Of a stretch of 40,206 nucleotides of DNA, positions 36,895-40,206 are shown piece after piece; the first letter of the stretch is position 1, and every line of letters starts with the position of its first letter. A program made the position numbers and the translations under genes. Origin of the DNA: an uncultured Candidatus Nitrosotenuis sp. (GTDB taxonomy: Archaea > Thermoproteota > Nitrososphaeria > Nitrososphaerales > Nitrosopumilaceae); contig CAYOBG010000001.1 in the NCBI GenBank assembly GCA_964402265.1, positions 28,419-68,624 of the forward strand, written 5' to 3'. The notes below the pieces were generated by a model, which saw only the letters and a list, made by a program, of their open reading frames with translations, was not told the DNA's origin and did not search any database.

Positions 36895-37947
36895 ATGATC
36901 ACAAAAATTATCGATGACTCTACAATATCATTTTTGGTTGAAGAGCCAGATGATTTATTGACATTGCGCAGAATAATAAAAAAACAGGACAAGATCATAT
37001 CAGATACTACTAGAGTGATAAAACAAGACAAGGACTATTCCAGGCCTGACAGGGGCGAGCGAATCAAGATTCGCATTTCACTAGATGTTGAAAAAATAGC
37101 TCTTGATGCAGTGTTTGATAAGCTAAGAATTCACGGAACCATAATTGAGACAACAAATGAGGCAGTATCAAAGGGGGTTCACCACTCTATTTTGGTAAGA
37201 ATTGGAGATTCACTAAATGTGGTTAAGAAAAAGTGGCAACAAATCGAGCTCAAACTAATCAAGGGTAAAGATGAAAACTTTGGTTTTATTTTGATTGCAA
37301 TTGACAAGGGCGATTGCGGCATTGGCAAACTAAAGGGAACACATCTTCAGCTGATGCAAAACATGTATTCAGGTTCTAGTGGAAAGCAATACAAGACAAA
37401 TTTCAATATCCAGACATTTTTTGAAGACGTTACCAAGGCAATTGAAACCATACTAAAAGAAAAAGACCTAATTGTGATTTTTGGGCCAGGTGAGACAAAA
37501 AGACAGTTTGCCAACTTTTTGGCAAAAACTCCCATATCAAAAATGCACAAAATTGAAACAGTTGATGGGATTGACTCTGGGGGCGAGGACGGGATTTACA
37601 CATTTATCAAATCTAAGGCCATGCAGCAAATACTCAGTCAAAGCAAGCTTGCCAAGGTTTCATCCATACTGGAAGAAGTGATGATACGGGCAAACAACAA
37701 GAGCAGGAAATTTACCATGGGCTTTGAGGAAACAAAAAAGGCAAATGAATTTGGCGCGGTAGAATCTCTGGTCTTCTCTGAAAAAATTATCCAGACCCAT
37801 GATGAAGACCAGATAATAGAATTCCTCAATGACGTGGAGGCAAAAGGAGTCAAGGTTTACACCTTAGATTCATCAACAGATGTTGGGTTGCAGGTATCAG
37901 GATTGGGTGGTATACTATCACTGCTTAGATTCCCAGTGGATTCCTAG
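36895..37947 (+). CDS. pelA: mRNA surveillance protein pelota (Dom34)
   Basis: EEPDDLLTLRRII, LRIHGTI, HHSI, GPG, eRF1-like C-terminus GAVESL...GLGGILSLLRF. Confidence 0.9.
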   Translation: MITKIIDDSTISFLVEEPDDLLTLRRIIKKQDKIISDTTRVIKQDKDYSRPDRGERIKIRISLDVEKIALDAVFDKLRIHGTIIETTNEAVSKGVHHSILVRIGDSLNVVKKKWQQIELKLIKGKDENFGFILIAIDKGDCGIGKLKGTHLQLMQNMYSGSSGKQYKTNFNIQTFFEDVTKAIETILKEKDLIVIFGPGETKRQFANFLAKTPISKMHKIETVDGIDSGGEDGIYTFIKSKAMQQILSQSKLAKVSSILEEVMIRANNKSRKFTMGFEETKKANEFGAVESLVFSEKIIQTHDEDQIIEFLNDVEAKGVKVYTLDSSTDVGLQVSGLGGILSLLRFPVDS

Positions 37948-38255
37948 ATTGTTGAATCTATCAACCACTGTAAATATGGCTTGTTGAGATCCTTTAGTGT
38001 AAGCTCGACAATTTCTGGGACTTTGTATGGGTGTGTATTTTTGATTTCAGATTTTAATTTTTTCCTGTTTTTTTCCGTAGTTTTAAAGATTGCTAGAAAT
38101 TCATTGGTGTTTTCTATTTTTCCTTGCCAAGAATATACTGAAGAAATTTTCGTAATATTCACACATGCTGCAAGTTTTGAGCGTACAAGCTTGTTTGCTA
38201 TTTTTTGAATCGACTTTTTGTCGGGATATGTAGACACAATTACTACTCCTTTCAT
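37944..38255 (-). CDS. cutA: Divalent-cation tolerance protein CutA
   Basis: LAACVNI..ISSVYSWQGKIE, KT, HPYKVPEI, YLQW; true ATG at 38255. Confidence 0.92.
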   Translation of the reverse strand: MKGVVIVSTYPDKKSIQKIANKLVRSKLAACVNITKISSVYSWQGKIENTNEFLAIFKTTEKNRKKLKSEIKNTHPYKVPEIVELTLKDLNKPYLQWLIDSTI

Positions 38256-38298
38256 AGCAAACGATAAATGGGCGTCATTAAAAAAAGTAGCAATTAAT

Positions 38299-39501
38299 TT
38301 GAACTTGGATTTTTTGTCGCAAAATGCCATAATCTATGTTTTGATGGCTTGGGGAATCATACTAGGTGTAACAAAGGCACTCAAGCTGGAAAAGCACGGC
38401 TTTGAGGTAAAGCCATACAGCCTCACATACAAGAACGCACAAGTACAGACAGTTCTGACCAAGGTGCTGGGAAGAACAAGAAGAGGCATACGCGTATTTG
38501 CAGATGTTAGTGTTGTTGCAGGCTTTATCATGATGGGATTTGCATTTTGGTTTTTAATTGACAACGTCAATAAGTTTTTTGAAAAGCCAGCAGAATTCTC
38601 AGAGCTAACTGTTCTAATTCCTGGCGTTACACTTACTTCATCTTCGGCAATTTTGTATTTTCTTTTGTCAATACCAATTGTACTTGTGATACATGAGGGA
38701 GCACATGGTATAGTTGCAACGCTTGAAAAGATCAGGATAAAGACAGGCGGGTTTGCCATTTTTATTGCCATGTTTGCAGGATTTGTCGAGCCTGATGACG
38801 AGGAGTTCAACAAGGCAAAAAAAATCTCAAAGCTTCGAGTGATTGGTGCTGGAGCTACATCAAATGTGATATTTGCACTGGCGTTAGGTGCCATATTACT
38901 TACAAATCCATTCTTTGCAATTATTGTTCCAGAGCCGATGCGAAGCGCATTTTATGAAATCCCGCAGGGAGTCAATATACTATCCATAATGCCCGGAAGT
39001 GGGGCAGAAAAGGCTGGGCTGCAGATAAACGATATCATTACATCAATTAATGATGTTCCGGTGGTAACGCCGCTGGATTTTGCCAAAGTCAAGCTCGCGC
39101 CAGGCGATACGGCAACCGTAACAGTACTTCGAAACGGCCAAAAAATACAACACCAAGTAGAGATAATGCCATCCCCGGATGATCCAACAAAGGGACTAAT
39201 TGGAATAACTCGGGATAATTCAATATCATACAAGCCAATTTACAATTTTATTGAATGGAAAAGTGTAGAATTGTCCATGTTTTTACTTTGGTTGTGGATG
39301 ATCTCGTTTTTCATTGGAATAATCAACATGCTTCCATTGCCAATCCTTGATGGCGGCAAATTCATCCATAGCATAATTGACAAAAAATTCTCAGATGTCA
39401 TGGTAAATCGCACAATGTGGGCAATCTATGGGTTTACGTTTGCTTTGTTTGGCCTAAACATAGCATTATCCTACATCAAGTCAGGCTGGTTTACAATCTA
39501 G
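38299..39501 (+). CDS. Site-2 protease (M50) with PDZ domain
   Basis: HEGAH (HExxH), AGFVEPD, PDZ (PGSGAEKAGLQINDII), NMLPLPILDGG; start TTG 38299 avoids an overlap with cutA. Confidence 0.9.
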   Translation: MNLDFLSQNAIIYVLMAWGIILGVTKALKLEKHGFEVKPYSLTYKNAQVQTVLTKVLGRTRRGIRVFADVSVVAGFIMMGFAFWFLIDNVNKFFEKPAEFSELTVLIPGVTLTSSSAILYFLLSIPIVLVIHEGAHGIVATLEKIRIKTGGFAIFIAMFAGFVEPDDEEFNKAKKISKLRVIGAGATSNVIFALALGAILLTNPFFAIIVPEPMRSAFYEIPQGVNILSIMPGSGAEKAGLQINDIITSINDVPVVTPLDFAKVKLAPGDTATVTVLRNGQKIQHQVEIMPSPDDPTKGLIGITRDNSISYKPIYNFIEWKSVELSMFLLWLWMISFFIGIINMLPLPILDGGKFIHSIIDKKFSDVMVNRTMWAIYGFTFALFGLNIALSYIKSGWFTI

Positions 39502-39538
39502 TAATTATCGTTAAATTTGGGCTTGGAGCACCAAATCC

Positions 39539-40206
39539 ATGAAATGCGATAGGTGTGAGAACAGTGCAGTTTATTCCAGAAAATATTCTGGGGAAAGCCT
39601 TTGCTCTGAATGTTTCTCAAATGCCATCCTACGAAAAACTGCTAAAACTATCTCCAAATACAACATGATACAAAATGACGAGTTAGTTTGTGTTGCAGTG
39701 TCCGGCGGAAAGGACTCACTTGCCTTGTTGCATGTGTTATCAAAGATGTCAAAAAACCATAATTTTAGAATTCACGCAATAACTATTGATGAGGGAATTC
39801 CAGGATATCGCGATGAAGCACTTGGAATTGTCAAAGACTTTTGCACAAAACTTGGTGTTACTCATACTGTTTATCCATACAAGGAACTCTTTGGGTTAAC
39901 ACTAGACGAATCACTAAAACAAAATGAAAATGACAGACTTTCCTCATGCTCTATTTGTGGTACATTCAGAAGAAGAGCCATGGATAATGCTGCAAAAGAG
40001 ATTGGTGCTAGCGTGATTGCAACGGGTCATAACCTGGATGATGTTTTGCAGACATTTGTAATAAACACACTTTCTGGCGACACTAACAAAATCGGCTGGA
40101 TGGATCCAGACACCTCTAAGAATTCCTTGCGAAAAATAAAGCCATTCTGTGAAATTTACGAATCTGAAATTGTGTTTTATGCATTCACCAATGACTTGCC
40201 ATTTCA
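39539..40206 (+). CDS. TIGR00269/NcsA/Ctu1-like tRNA 2-thiolation protein (3'-truncated by the window edge; not in the ORF track)
   Basis: MKCDRC...LCSEC Zn finger, PP-loop VAVSGGKDS, IDEGI.GYR, CSICGTFRR, ATGHNLDD. Confidence 0.9.
   Translation, partial: MKCDRCENSAVYSRKYSGESLCSECFSNAILRKTAKTISKYNMIQNDELVCVAVSGGKDSLALLHVLSKMSKNHNFRIHAITIDEGIPGYRDEALGIVKDFCTKLGVTHTVYPYKELFGLTLDESLKQNENDRLSSCSICGTFRRRAMDNAAKEIGASVIATGHNLDDVLQTFVINTLSGDTNKIGWMDPDTSKNSLRKIKPFCEIYESEIVFYAFTNDLPF

Noticed and set aside
11801-38330. Long N-terminal extensions given by the ORF track (starts at 11801, 13350, 18328, 30711, 38218, 38330)
   Set aside because: They overlap neighbouring genes or promoters; the family motifs begin at the downstream starts used in the features.
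1718-39233. Short antisense or alternate-frame ORFs in the track (e.g. 1718-1900, 5453-5737, 9780-10037, 11058-11315, 18911-19174, 20175-20480, 29809-30334, 32915-33912, 38334-38894, 38952-39233)
   Set aside because: They lie fully or largely inside well-supported genes and have no recognisable motifs; shadow ORFs.
1-40206. CRISPR arrays, rRNA/tRNA genes, transposases, integrases, defence systems
   Set aside because: No regularly spaced repeats or diagnostic motifs were seen; nearly all of the sequence is explained by CDSs.

Overview
Archaeal DNA, most likely from an ammonia-oxidising archaeon (Nitrososphaerota/Thaumarchaeota, Nitrosotenuis/Nitrosopumilaceae-like). This is inferred from the Tes, TrmB, pelota, archaeal RmlA and TIGR00269 genes and the gene style. 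Positions ~1-32.6 kb are an AT-rich cell-surface glycosylation island. It carries CDP- and dTDP-6-deoxysugar pathways, about nine glycosyltransferases, six SAM methyltransferases, a PAPS-type sulfotransferase, a CE4 deacetylase, a left-handed beta-helix acyltransferase and a nucleotide-sugar dehydrogenase coupled to a glutaminase-less AsnB-like amidoligase. The most striking element is a translationally coupled four-gene operon, FkbH-like glyceryl transferase / acyl carrier protein / MaoC dehydratase / AcpS (12946-15716). It looks like a self-contained, ACP-based C3-acyl donor system in an archaeon, with no ketosynthase in the window, and probably acylates surface glycan. From ~32.6 kb the window is core genome: tetraether synthase (tes), a divergent TrmB + DtxR regulator pair, an unannotated 54-aa Cys/His microprotein, yjbQ, pelota, cutA, a site-2 protease and a partial tRNA 2-thiolation gene. 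A TATCAG-N7-CTGATA palindrome lies between the tes TATA box and its start codon. No rRNA, tRNA, CRISPR or transposase was seen. All calls come from motif recognition by eye; no database searches were run.
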